Assembly: GCF_001194135.2 (NCBI RefSeq)
Contig: NC_068983.1
Coordinates: 55,502,423-55,566,234 of the forward strand
Length of the DNA: 63,812 bases
Direction: 5' to 3'
Origin: Octopus bimaculoides
Taxonomy: Eukaryota
Made by a program: the position numbers and the translations under genes. This document shows, piece by piece, positions 1 to 12,347 of the stretch. Position 1 is the stretch's first letter. Every line of letters starts with the position of its first letter. The notes under the pieces are model-generated. The model saw only the letters and a list, made by a program, of their open reading frames with translations, searched no databases and was not told the DNA's origin.

Positions 1-137
1 ATATACATACGCTCATATTATTATGTATGCATATTAATGTATGTATATGCATGTATATGTCCGTGTGTGAATATGCATAAGTATAATCACCACATGTGTG
101 GGTATATATATATACACATGCGTGTATATACACACAC

Positions 138-184
<47 letters not shown>

Positions 185-317
185 NNNNNNNNNNNNNNNN
201 NNNNNNNNNNNNNNNNNNNNNNNNNNNNNNNNNNNNNNNNNNNNNNNNNNNNNNNNNNNNNNNNNNNNNNNNNNNNNNNNNNNNNNNNNNNNNNNNNNNN
301 NNNNNNNNNNNNNNNNN

Positions 318-373
<56 letters not shown>

Positions 374-545
374 TACGTACGTATATATGTGTGCGCGTGT
401 GTGCGTATATTTGTATGTATATGTACGTATATATATATACACATATACATCTATGGACAAATATGTGCAGATGGCTACATAAGTAATGTATGTATGTATG
501 TATGTATGCATGTATGTATGTATGGATGTATGTATATGTATGCAA
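1..545. repeat. (TA)n/(TATG)n microsatellite region with gap
   Basis: Direct reading; source of the YIYI ORFs. Confidence 0.9.
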
Positions 546-979
546 GTAAGCTTGTATGTATATACTGAGTATAGATTACACAGGCACATATCAATGGCTG
601 CATACATGCATACACATATACAGACACACTCGCACATATATAACATATGTATATATGCATATCATACACCATACAAACATGGTTACGCGCACACATGTAT
701 ACATAGGCACGTGCATAGAAAATTAAATATACACTTGCATATTTAAGAAAATAAGATAATAGCAAATAAAATGTATTAAAATACAAATTTCTTTCAAAAC
801 TCATTATGTCCTTTAAATATTTACGACAATGTAATAATTCTAAAATGTCTCCAGTTTTTAAATATATTTCCTTTCTTTCAGACATGAATAATTTTCTTCA
901 AGCGAGAAAGAGTATAGACAATGGAGGTTGTGAAAACCTGGTATTGTTCCTCCAGAGTATTGTCTGGAATAGATCGCTA

Positions 980-1119
980 AACATATCTATCTATCTATCT
1001 ACTTACCTATCTATCTTTCTATCTATCTATATTTTTTTTTCGCCCCCCTCGAAAAGAAAAACTCTACATTTGTATTTTGTCCCTTCTATGTTGAGCCCTG
1101 TGTGGCTAATAAAGAAACA

Positions 1120-1199
<80 letters not shown>

Positions 1200-1278
1200 A
1201 GCCTACCTACCTACCTACCTACCTACTTAACTATTTATCTATCTATCTATATACCTATATCTCTACCTCTTTATTTAT

Positions 1279-1346
<68 letters not shown>

Positions 1347-1352
1347 TTATCT
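980..1352. repeat. (ATCT)n/(ACCT)n tetranucleotide microsatellite
   Basis: Long ATCT runs at 1121-1198 and 1280-1345. Confidence 0.95.
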
Positions 1353-1589
1353 ATTTACATGTGCGTCTGTCTTATGCGATAAAGTAATTAATGAATGCAA
1401 CTATGAAATGAGCGTACTGAATGCAAAACTTAAAGTGTGAACAAAATTTGTTTGAAAGAGAGACCATATCTAAAGCAAAAAAAAAAAAAAGGTTCGCTTT
1501 TAAGAAGTTACAGTTTCCAGCAAATACGGCATTACATGTATATTTGTACACAGATAAGCAGAAATAATTACAAACACACAAATACTCCC

Positions 1590-1598
1590 AAACACACA

Positions 1599-1658
<60 letters not shown>

Positions 1659-1960
1659 NNNNNNNNNNNNNNNNNNNNNNNNNNNNNNNNNNNNNNNNNN
1701 NNNNNNNNNNNNNNNNNNNNNNNNNNNNNNNNNNNNNNNNNNNNNNNNNNNNNNNNNNNNNNNNNNNNNNNNNNNNNNNNNNNNNNNNNNNNNNNNNNNN
1801 NNNNNNNNNNNNNNNNNNNNNNNNNNNNNNNNNNNNNNNNNNNNNATATATATATATATATATATATATAAGTATATACATATATATATATATATATACA
1901 TACACACACACACACATATATATATACACATATATATATACACACATATATATATATATA
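1590..1960. repeat. (CA)n - gap - (TA)n microsatellite
   Basis: Direct reading. Confidence 0.9.
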
Positions 1961-2478
1961 TATTCTGTATACGTGTGCTTGTGCATGTGCGTGTAAACGT
2001 ACATGTATATATAGATATGCATACATAGATATATTCATCTAAGCTTATATCTATGCATGTGTTCATAAATGTAAATATATATTTGTATGCATAACGACAA
2101 ATTTCGATTGTAATTTCTTTATGGAAGAATTAATAAATAACTGTTGTATTAAAATAATGAAATGTAATGGTGAAAAAACAAAGGAATGCATTATTTCAAG
2201 TATTGTAAACTTTACGTAAAGATATATACGTGTACATACATATGTATATACATACACACTCACATACGCATCTATACCAACATGTATATAATGCATGCAT
2301 ATATATATATACATAATATATATATATATATATANNNNNNNNNNNNNNNNNNNNNNNNNNNNNNNNNNNNNNNNNNNNNNNNNNNNNNNNNNNNNNNNNN
2401 NNNNNNNNNNNNNNNNNNNNNNNNNNNNNNNNNNTGTATGTATGTATGTATGTATGTATGTATGTTTGTATGTATGTA

Positions 2479-2595
2479 GGCAGTCTCTCGAAGGTGAACT
2501 AGCCAAAACTTCGAAGTCACAATCTCTTCCCAGTGAAAATTTAATAAATACATACTCTGCAAAAAATTTATTGACTCATCTTTTAGATTAATGTC
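2479..2595 (+). mobile_element. Penelope-like terminal fragment with degenerate minimal hammerhead (TTCGAA family)
   Basis: ggcagt-ctctcga-a-ggt gaacta gcc-aaaac-TTCGAA-GTC-acaatc. Downstream tactctgcaaaaaatt...agattaatg is homologous to 11025-11100 (minus). Confidence 0.6.
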
Positions 2596-2668
2596 AAATT
2601 GTTTTCGTATATAACTTAATATAAAAACAGAAACAAACATACATACATATATATACTGTATGTGTGTG

Positions 2669-2781
<113 letters not shown>

Positions 2782-3155
2782 CATTCGTATAAAATACCCA
2801 TGTTGCCAAACAATGCGACCGAACTCGTCACCACGTGATTATGAAGTGTGTTTCTAAACCACATGCCGATAACACACTTTAACCCGGCTCGATTTTTCTT
2901 TTTCCATTCTTTATAACAGACGCATGTGTCGCATACTTAAAGAGAAGGAAATATACAATGGATGGAGTGTGTCTATATGTCTATGTATGTGTATGGTCTT
3001 ATGAATACGGTTGTTGGTGTGGAAGTTCTGTGCATTCCAGGGCGAACGAAAATGAAGCCACGAAACCTCTCTAAAATGGAAGATGGAAAACAATGTTGAA
3101 GGAAACGACAGCTAATTAATAATGGCTTTAGGGTCTACATGAGGAAAAATGGAGT

Positions 3156-3199
<44 letters not shown>

Positions 3200-3642
3200 G
3201 AGAGAGAAAGAATGAAACATGTCGTCTGTTATGGAAAGTACTAGAAACTGAGAGAAGAAATTGAATTAGAGATGGGAGACAAAGGGAGAGAAAGAGAGAG
3301 AGAGAGAGCAATAGAGAGGAAAAGAGAGCGAAAGACAATAATGAATGGTAGGAAGAAGGCGGCTTACAGTAAATGTTCGAGACAAAAAGAAGGCGATGAG
3401 TACGTGACTGAGTCTAATGGAAAAATATAAAAACTGCTGAATGATAAAATCAAATATATTTTATGAGACGCAAGCTGATCGGGAGAGCTTGATCGGTGAA
3501 TAATATAGAAAAGATATTTATTATACAATAGCTAGGAATGTGTGTCAATTCAACAACTGCACATGCATGTATGTATATGTGTGTAAATGTGTGTGTGTAT
3601 ATATGTGTACGTGGGTGTATTAACTTTTACGGGACAGAGAAT

Positions 3643-3725
3643 TAATAGTGACTTCAGAGTTGCGGTTTGTGTTCGTCAGACTGTCTGATGAAGATGAGCA
3701 AGCCGAAGTTTCGAAGTCACAGTCA
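3643..3725. mobile_element. Head-to-head fused pair of hammerhead-like motifs (foldback centred on 3682)
   Basis: Plus: gactgt CTGATGA A gat..gcc GAAGT TTCGAA GTC acagtc. Minus: gacagt CTGACGA A ..cc GCAAC TCTGAA GTC actatt. Confidence 0.65.
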
Positions 3726-3938
3726 ATCTTTTCCTTGTCATATTTTAATGATCATATGGTTCTAGGTTCAGTCCTATTGTGTACCACATTGGACAAGTGT
3801 CTTCTACTATAGCTTCCAGGAAATTGATGTAGGCCTCCGCGTTGAGTGTGAGGCCGTGTGTGTGTGGGGGGGATAAAAGGCGGCATAACGTCGCCATCAC
3901 TAGTGATCGGATGTCTGATTTTTATCAATCTCGGTATA

Positions 3939-4044
3939 TGTCCTCAGACTGCACTGTCCTCAGACTGCACTGTCCTCAGACTGCACTGTCCTCAGACTGC
4001 ACTGTCCTCAGACTGCACTGTCCTCAGACTGCACTGTCCTCAGA
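3939..4044. repeat. Perfect 16-bp minisatellite (tgtcctcagactgcac) x6.6
   Basis: Six identical units plus a 10-nt partial. Confidence 0.97.
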
Positions 4045-4947
4045 TTGGCATCCAAACACTCTGAAATGTTCGTATTGGCTCTTCCGACATAAATGCCAAG
4101 TAGTATAGCATGTCGTTTCCAAATTAATGCCATTGGTCTCTTTATCTCATTCTTTTTATATATACACACGCTAATACACGACTCATGTTATATTCCCCAT
4201 TCATGTTGCAACCACATCTGGGAGAAAACTAGTCGGTATACAGCACTTACTCGGCATTACCTGTATCATGTATCATTCGGGTCTGGTTGACTCCATTACC
4301 CTTCATAACCNNNNNNNNNNNNNNNNNNNNNNNNNNNNNNNNNNNNNNNNNNNNNNNNNNNNNNNNNNNNNNNNNNNNNNNNNNNNNNNNNNNNNNNNNN
4401 NNNNNNNNNNNNNNNNNNNNNNNNNNNNNNNNNNNNNNNNNNNNNNNNNNNNNNNNNNNNNNNNNNNNNNNNNNNNNNNNNNNNNNNNNNNNNNNNNNNN
4501 NNNNNNNNNNNNNNNNNNNNNNNNNNNNNNNNNNNNNNNNNNNNNNNNNNNNNNNNNNNNNNNNNNNNNNNNNNNNNNNNNNNNNNNNNNNNNNNNNNNN
4601 NNNNNNNNNNNNNNNNNNNNNNNNNNNNNNNNNNNNNNNNNNNNNNNNNNNNNNNNNNNNNNNNNNNNNNNNNNNNNNNNNNNNNNNNNNNNNNNNNNNN
4701 NNNNNNNNNNNNNNNNNNNNNNNNNNNNNNNNNNNNNNNNNNNNNNNNNNNNNNNNNNNNNNNNNNNNNNNNNNNNNNNNNNNNNNNNNNNNNNNNNNNN
4801 NNNNNNNNNNNNNNNNNNNNNNNNNNNNNNNNNNNNNNNNNNNNNNNNNNNNNNNNNNNNNNNNNNNNNNNNNNNNNNNNNNNNNNNNNNNNNNNNNNNN
4901 NNNNNNNNNNNNNNNNNNNNNNNNNNNNNNNNNNNNNNNNNNNNGTG

Positions 4948-4978
<31 letters not shown>

Positions 4979-4997
4979 ATAATGTATATATGTGTGC

Positions 4998-5033
<36 letters not shown>

Positions 5034-5084
5034 CAGACAGACAGACAGACAGACAGAGAAAGAGAGAGAATGAGAGAGAGTGAG

Positions 5085-5293
5085 TGTCTGTGTTTGCGTT
5101 TGTACCCATCGCCGCTTAACAACCGGTATTGGTTTGTTTGCGTCCTCGTAAATCAGCGGTTCGGCATAACAAACTAATAGAATAAGCATCAGGTTATAAA
5201 AATTTAATACTGGGATCGATTCGTTCGGTTAAAACTCTCTCAAGTCGACGCCCCAGCCTGGCCGCAGCCCAGAGCATGAAACAAGTAAAAGAG
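5085..5293 (+). mobile_element. SINE family A, 3' half
   Basis: Matches the family A tail (gcggttcggc...tggccgcag...gaaacaagtaaaagag). Confidence 0.8.
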
Positions 5294-5390
5294 TCCTTCA
5301 GTTTAATGATATATTGCCTTTATACATAGCATGACATAAGAAAACACCAACATATATAAAATGCACACGCATACACACACACACATAAGT

Positions 5391-5600
5391 CTTCTACTTG
5401 TTTCAGTCATTCGAATACGGCCATGCATGGACCAGCCTTGGTTGGATTGAGACTTTTAGTGGACTCTATCGACTTCAGTATTTATATTCAAAATTGGCAC
5501 ATATTTTATCAAATCCCCTTTTCGAGCCGCTAAATTATAGGACTTTATCACATGTCACCGACTGTCAAGCGTTTTCAACATAAAAACAGACATGTGAACA
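5391..5600 (-). mobile_element. SINE family A, 3' half (diverged)
   Basis: tacttgtttcagtca...cggccatgc...gagccgctaa is the reverse complement of the family A tail. Confidence 0.75.
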
Positions 5601-6977
5601 AACACATAAACACAAACACACACACACACATACACGCACACAAATAGGTCACTCTCACAAACTACTTAGGCCCATATATTGCCTTCTAGTCTTTTATGCG
5701 TATCTCTGAGTGTCCGGTGTGTTTGTGAATAAGCACGATTCGTGTTCTATTAACGACCATTAACGCCCACTGAGACCGCGAAATGCGTCCACAGCTGTCT
5801 CCAGGTAATCAACAATCATAATGTTGTTTCTTAAATGATAACTCAATTCCAATTTCTTGAGATTAAGTCCTCTTCTCGTTTGAAGTTGGTCCCAATTACA
5901 CAACAAGCGACTATTCTAACTGAAAGCGTTGATAAATTCAATAAAACAAAAAGAACCAATCTTGTACGGTATTTAATATATCTTTATTCTGCTTTGTTGT
6001 TCAGATGTAAGCCACTGTGTCTCTTATGTTATTAGCTTTTATAGTTCATTCGTTTCATATACATGGAAAATTGGAGATGAACACCATTTTCCCATGTGAT
6101 CGGCTTGAAAATTGTCAAGATATTAAGATAATTTTCTTAACAACCAATGGTAGTCTCAATACACAAGTAAAGAAATATTATTCACCATTGAGGTGTTGAT
6201 CACTTATTCTCGTCGTTCAAAATTTATGTGCGTATAAAAATATATATATATATATATATGAAGGGGATGTTTCTATGTGGCCTGCTTGTTTGTTGCACCT
6301 TGTTTACCATTTTTGTCCTTGTTCTTTTGCCACGTCATGTACCGAGTTATGTATCTATATGTACATGTGGATGAACGTATATACATACATGTACATATAT
6401 NNNNNNNNNNNNNNNNNNNNNNNNNNNNNNNNNNNNNNNNNNNNNNNNNNNNNNNNNNNNNNNNNNNNNNNNNNNNNNNNNNNNNNNNNNNNNNNNNNNN
6501 NNNNNNNNNNNNNNNNNNNNNNNNNNNNNNNNNNNNNNNNNNNNNNNNNNNNNNNNNNNNNNNNNNNNNNNNNNNNNNNNNNNNNNNNNNNNNNNNNNNN
6601 NNNNNNNNNNNNNNNNNNNNNNNNNNNNNNNNNNNNNNNNNNNNNNNNNNNNNNNNNNNNNNNNNNNNNNNNNNNNNNNNNNNNNNNNNNNNNNNNNNNN
6701 NNNNNNNNNNNNNNNNNNNNNNNNNNNNNNNNNNNNNNNNNNNNNNNNNNNNNNNNNNNNNNNNNNNNNNNNNNNNNNNNNNNNNNNNNNNNNNNNNNNN
6801 NNNNNNNNNNNNNNNNNNNNNNNNNNNNNNNNNNNNNNNNNNNNNNNNNNNNNNNNNNNNNNNNNNNNNNNNNNNNNNNNNNNNNNNNNNNNNNNNNNNN
6901 NNNNNNNNNNNNNNNNNNNNNNNNNNNNNNNNNNNNNNNNNNNNNNNNNNNNNNNNNNNNNNNNNNAATACATTTTT

Positions 6978-7197
6978 TCTTTTATCTTTTACTGGTTTCA
7001 ATCATTAGACTGCGACCATGTTTGGGATCAGCCATAGAAGGGTTTAATCGAACAAATCGACCCCACCCCGAGTCTTCCTAGTAAGTCTGGCACTTAATTT
7101 ACTTGTTCCATTTGCTGAGCAGCTAGATTACGGAGACGTAAACAAACCAACATTCATTCTCAAGCGATGGCGGGGAGGGGAGACAAACACACAAACA
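6978..7197 (-). mobile_element. SINE family A, 3' half
   Basis: gactgcgaccatg...gattacggagacgtaaac...caagcgatg. Confidence 0.8.
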
Positions 7198-7412
7198 AAC
7201 GCAAAGTCACAACTCACCATATTCACACAACATACGTACACACACTTGTATACTTACGTACACACAGACATAGACACACACACACATATACTTTTACTCA
7301 GAGTTCCATGATGCTGTTCGTTGGGCAGTTGTGATGAATATTCTAAAAGCATATTACTCTACCTTAGGTATTCGAGTACTATTTTTCCCACTTTTTTGCA
7401 TTTATGAGCTTA

Positions 7413-7780
7413 CGTGGCTGTGTGGTAAGTAGCTTGTTTACCAGTCACATGGTTCCGGGTTCAGTCCCGCTGCGTGGCGCCTTAGGCAAGTGTTTTCTAC
7501 TATAGCCTCGGGCCGACCAAAGCCTTGTGAGAACATTTGGTAAACTGAAACTGAAAGAAGCCCGTCGTACATATATACGTGTGTGTCTGTGTTTGTCCCC
7601 GCAATATCGCTTGACAACCGATATTGGTGTGTTTACGTCCATGTAAATTAGTGGTTCGGCAAAGGAGCCCGATAGAATAAGTACTAGGCTTGCAAAGAAT
7701 AATGCCTGGGGTCGATTTGTTCGTCTAAAGGCGGTGCTCCAGCATAGCCGCAGTCAAATGGCTGAAACAAGTAAAAAAAG
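7413..7780 (+). mobile_element. SINE family A, near full length (tRNA head, CORE-like segment, internal TA/TG microsatellite)
   Basis: A-box-like tggctgtgtgg, B-box-like gggttcagtccc, ccttaggcaagtg, 3' end gaaacaagtaaaaaaag; many other copies in the window. Confidence 0.92.
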
Positions 7781-8740
7781 TTATATACATATATATATAT
7801 ATATATATANNNNNNNNNNNNNNNNNNNNNNNNNNNNNNNNNNNNNNNNNNNNNNNNNNNNNNNNNNNNNNNNNNNNNNNNNNNNNNNNNNNNNNNNNNN
7901 NNNNNNNNNNNNNNNNNNNNNNNNNNNNNNNNNNNNNNNNNNNNNNNNNNNNNNNNNNNNNNNNNNNNNNNNNNNNNNNNNNNNNNNNNNNNNNNNNNNN
8001 NNNNNNNNNNNNNNNNNNNNNNNNNNNNNNNNNNNNNNNNNNNNNNNNNNNNNNNNNNNNNNNNNNNNNNNNNNNNNNNNNNNNNNNNNNNNNNNNNNNN
8101 NNNNNNNNNNNNNNNNNNNNNNNNNNNNNNNNNNNNNNNNNNNNNNNNNNNNNNNNNNNNNNNNNNNNNNNNNNNNNNNNNNNNNNNNNNNNNNNNNNNN
8201 NNNNNNNNNNNNNNNNNNNNNNNNNNNNNNNNNNNNNNNNNNNNNNNNNNNNNNNNNNNNNNNNNNNNNNNNNNNNNNNNNNNNNNNNNNNNNNNNNNNN
8301 NNNNNNNNNNNNNNNNNNNNNNNNNNNNNNNNNNNNNNNNNNNNNNNNNNNNNNNNNNNNNNNNNNNNNNNNNNNNNNNNNNNNNNNNNNNNNNNNNNNN
8401 NNNNNNNNNNNNNNNNNNNNNNNNNNNNNNNNNNNNNNNNNNNNNNNNNNNNNNNNNNNNNNNNNNNNNNNNNNNNNNNNNNNNNNNNNNNNNNNNNNNN
8501 NNNNNNNNNNNNNNNNNNNNNNNNNNNNNNNNNNNNNNNNNNNNNNNNNNNNNNNNNNNNNNNNNNNNNNNNNNNNNNNNNNNNNNNNNNAGACAGAGAG
8601 AGATAGAAGGAGAGAGAGAGACCAGTGTTCTAAGTAATTTCTATTTAAACAGTGAGATTCAATGGACGCCTATCAAATCTACGTAGAGGGACTTATTCAG
8701 GGTGCAACCAGGCACAAGGCTTCTCAATAATTCATTGACG

Positions 8741-8919
8741 AAAGGCGGCGAGCTGGCAGAAACGTTAGCACACCGGGCGAAATGCTTAGCGGTATCTCGT
8801 CTGTCTTTACCGTTCTGAGTTCAAATTCTGCCGAGGTCGACTATGCCTTTGATCTAATCGACTGCCCCCCTCCGCCCACAAAATGTTCGGGCCTTGTACC
8901 TACAGTAGAAAAGACTACT
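8741..8919 (+). mobile_element. SINE family B, internally deleted
   Basis: aaggcggcgagctggcagaaacgttagc...gagttcaaattctgccgaggtcgac...cctacagtagaaaag. Confidence 0.9.
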
Positions 8920-8973
8920 TTACTGACGAGTATTTGGAACGCACACATACATGCATACACACACATACACACA

Positions 8974-9192
8974 GCAGAGGCTCTGTGGTAAGAAGGCTAC
9001 TTCCCAACCACATGGTTCCGGGTTCAGCCCCACTGCATGGCACTTTGGGCAACTGTCTTCTACTGTAACCTCGGGCCGACCAAAGCCTTGTGAGTGGATT
9101 TGGNNNNNNNNNNAATAAGTCCTCGAGTCGTTATGTACGACTAAAGGCGGTGCTCCAGCATGGCCGCAGAAATAACTGAAACAAGTAAAAGA
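8974..9192 (+). mobile_element. SINE family A (interior collapsed in a 10-N gap)
   Basis: Head and tail match the 7413 copy. Confidence 0.9.
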
Positions 9193-9215
9193 ATATATAT
9201 ATATATATGTCTGTG

Positions 9216-9266
<51 letters not shown>

Positions 9267-9479
9267 ACATACACGCACATAGATAGATAGGTAGATAGAC
9301 AGATAGATACGCATTCCTTTAGTTATTTATATACACACACAACTAAATACTGCCACACGCGCGCACGCACACACATTCACAAACACAAGGCTTAAGCCGG
9401 GCGCCACTGATCTGTTACTTACCTAACTCTTTTTACCTGGAAAACTTATATATTTTATTATCATTATTATCAGCAACAG

Positions 9480-9760
9480 TTCCAAAAGTCTCCCTTTTCC
9501 ATTCTTCTCAACTGATCTGCTGTCTCTGCAGTTCTCTTCGCTCTTCCATTCAGCAGCAGTAATATTAAAGATATGAATCTCTTCTCGCATCTCTCCTCTC
9601 TCTAATGGCGTCATATTCGGTGACTTTAATGCATGTAGCTTATCTCGCACCATTCCTAAACCGAAGCTACAGACACACAGACCGAATCGCTTGCCATTTT
9701 CAACTGTCGACACACAGACATTCCAAATACTTTTCACCTCTTTATCACCTTTAACTCCAA
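9480..9760 (+). mobile_element. Degenerate LINE apurinic-endonuclease (APE) fragment
   Basis: Frameshifted translation SSSNIKDMNLFSHLSSL / SNGVIFGDFNA contains the GDFN motif typical of CR1/L2/RTE endonucleases. Confidence 0.45.
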
Positions 9761-9780
9761 ATGTCTGTAGGGATAGGCAT

Positions 9781-9932
9781 GGATGTATGGTAATAAACTT
9801 TGTTCTCAATCACATGGTTCCTGGTTCGGTTTCACTGCGTGGTACTTTAGGCAAGTGCCCTCCACTATAGCCTCGGGCCGACCAAAGCCTTGTAAGTGGA
9901 TTTGGTAGACGGAAACAGAAAGAAGCTCATCG

Positions 9933-9967
<35 letters not shown>

Positions 9968-10327
9968 NNNNNNNNNNNNNNNNNNNNNNNNNNNNNNNNN
10001 NNNNNNNNNNNNNNNNNNNNNNNNNNNNNNNNNNNNNNNNNNNNNNNNNNNNNNNNNNNNNNNNNNNNNNNNNNNNNNNNNNNNNNNNNNNNNNNNNNNN
10101 NNNNNNNNNNNNNNNNNNNNNNNNNNNNNNNNNNNNNNNNNNNNNNNNNNNNNNNNNNNNNNNNNNNNNNNNNNNNNNNNNNNNNNNNNNNNNNNNNNNN
10201 NNNNNNNNNNNNNNNNNNNNNNNNNNNNNNNNNNNNNNNNNNNNCGATTCATTCGACTAAAAGTTCTCGAAAGCGGTGCTCCAACATGGCCACCTGTCTA
10301 ATCACTGAAACAAGTAAAAGATAAAAG
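9781..10327 (+). mobile_element. SINE family A spanning a gap at its internal microsatellite
   Basis: Head at 9781-9935; tail at 10245-10327. Confidence 0.85.
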
Positions 10328-11024
10328 AAACGTATTTTTATTTAGATCATTCACTGACTTTAGGAGATATAGCAGTCAAAACTCTTTCTAATCGCTCTCT
10401 ACTGTTTGAAAAATGGAGGGACATATTGAATAGTGTTGTCATAAACACAATATGTCTGAATGAAATGGTGGGTGGTCACTACTGGAATGCCTTTGATTGT
10501 GAATCTACTGTTTCATGTCTGACCTGATGCTAAACAGCAACGTTGACATTATCAAGAATAACATCATTTCTTATCTTTCAGCCGCACGTTAATCCGTTTC
10601 GGCCAATTATCCACTAATTAGTTGGTGTTTGTAATCTCTACTCTAACTACTCTTGGCAGAAAATGTATGTTCTGCTCTGAATCACCCAGACCAGAACACT
10701 TAAACAAGGGTCCCATATCATCATTCAAAATAGAACCATGCCCATTCCTCACAGAATTTGGTCCTCCGAACTCAAAACTGCGGTGTTGCACGGCAGCTAT
10801 TCAAGGCGAAGAAGCTTGCAATACATGAAAAATGTTACCTACCATCAGCAACAAAGAAGTGCTCGCAAGATGGTTAACATTTTTGTCGTTGATTGACGCT
10901 ATCGCAGAGACAGTGCAGTCGCCATCTTTGCTATGCTTGGGCTATTTCCAGAAACAAATGCATCACCCCGAAGTACAGTTACTACCTCTCCACTCATGGA
11001 TTCAGTAATAATAAAAACACTTTT

Positions 11025-11209
11025 ACGTTAATCTGATGGGTTACTCTGTAATTTTTTGTAGAGTACAAATTTCTTATTTTCAAGCATGAATATTATTGAC
11101 AGTGATTTCGAAGTTTCAGCCAGATAAACCATCGTCTGACTAATAGTTTGTTGGCTTAACTGGCCGGAAATTCGAAGTTGTTGTTAACATTATTCTTGTT
11201 TAAGAATAA
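11025..11209. mobile_element. Inverted pair of TTCGAA-family hammerhead-bearing termini
   Basis: Minus: cagacga t ggt..gct GAAAC TTCGAA ATC actgtc. Plus partial: gccggaaa TTCGAA GTT. Arms 11074-11122 and 11161-11209. Confidence 0.6.
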
Positions 11210-11308
11210 TAAATGAATATATAATATGTGTGTGCGTGTGTGTGTGTATGTGTGCGTGTATGCATACATATATATATGAATATATATATATACATGTATA
11301 TACATATG

Positions 11309-11369
<61 letters not shown>

Positions 11370-12154
11370 GTACATATATGTATANNNNNNNNNNTATATG
11401 TATATATATATATATGGTTGCTTTTAATTTTTGGCAACGATTGCAAAATGAGCAAATGTGTTTTGAAACTGACGTTGTTGTTGTGATTCGGGAAGGCAAA
11501 GTGCCGATAGAAAAAAGACAGAAATTGGATGTAGTTCACTTCAGTTTTATTGTTAACCAATCAATTAATTAAATATTAATTCTTGTAAATTACTCTTCAC
11601 ACAGCTGTGGCCTTTTCAATGCTTTCCATGATTTTGCATTCAGCAAATGATGTTCTTTCTTTTTTCCGTTTTTGTTTGTGACGTCATCATGTCTGCTGTG
11701 TATATAACTTCTCAAAAACATTTATGCATTCATTTCTGTTTTGTATTCACAGTTTTGTTTATCTATTTTGTCACAGAAATAAAAACAAACCAGTACCAGT
11801 TATCAAGCAGTTGTTGAGAGACAAACACAAAATCACAAACGCGCGCGTCATGCCGACTTATTCATTAAACCACACATGGTTTTAAATAAGGAAGAATTGC
11901 CCAAACTTTGAAGAGCTGAATATTAGTGTAAAATGGATCCTGGTTAGTCGAAAATGGCATTTTTTTTTTTTACTACAAAATCTGTTTTAGTCGTAACACA
12001 CTCAAAAATGTATACACTGAAACTTCTTTTCCATATAGATGACTGGAAGTAACATGTGTTTCCACCCTCCTTTCTTTTTCCCTTTTCTTTTTTCACTTGT
12101 GTTATCAATGAAAAACTTAACTTATGAATACGTACGCCAATATATTTCCAGTTA

Positions 12155-12347
12155 AAGGCTGTCAGCTGGCAGAAACGTTAGCACGCCGGGCGAAATGCTT
12201 AACGGTATTTCGTCTGTCTTTACGTTCTGAGTTCAAATTCCGCCGGGGTCGATAAATTAAGTACCAGTTGCGTACTGGGGTCGATCTAATTGACTGGGCC
12301 CCTCCCCCAGAATTTCGGGCCTTGGGCCTAGAGAAGAAACATTTATT
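12155..12347 (+). mobile_element. SINE family B, internally deleted
   Basis: Close match to the 8741 and 22370 copies. Confidence 0.92.

Noticed and set aside
3003-3030. YGCWCG, the phospholipase A2 Ca-binding motif, in a plus frame after a good acceptor at about 2920
   Set aside because: Lacks the following GxG and DxCC motifs, the upstream part is microsatellite-like, and the frame ends soon after; likely chance.
3939-4044. Regular repeat as a CRISPR array
   Set aside because: No spacers; eukaryotic context.
7291-7356. 66-nt AG..GT-bounded open frame (FHDAVRWAVVMNILKAYYSTL)
   Set aside because: Weak donor, wedged between microsatellite and SINE, and the context looks like a repeat fragment; no protein recognised.
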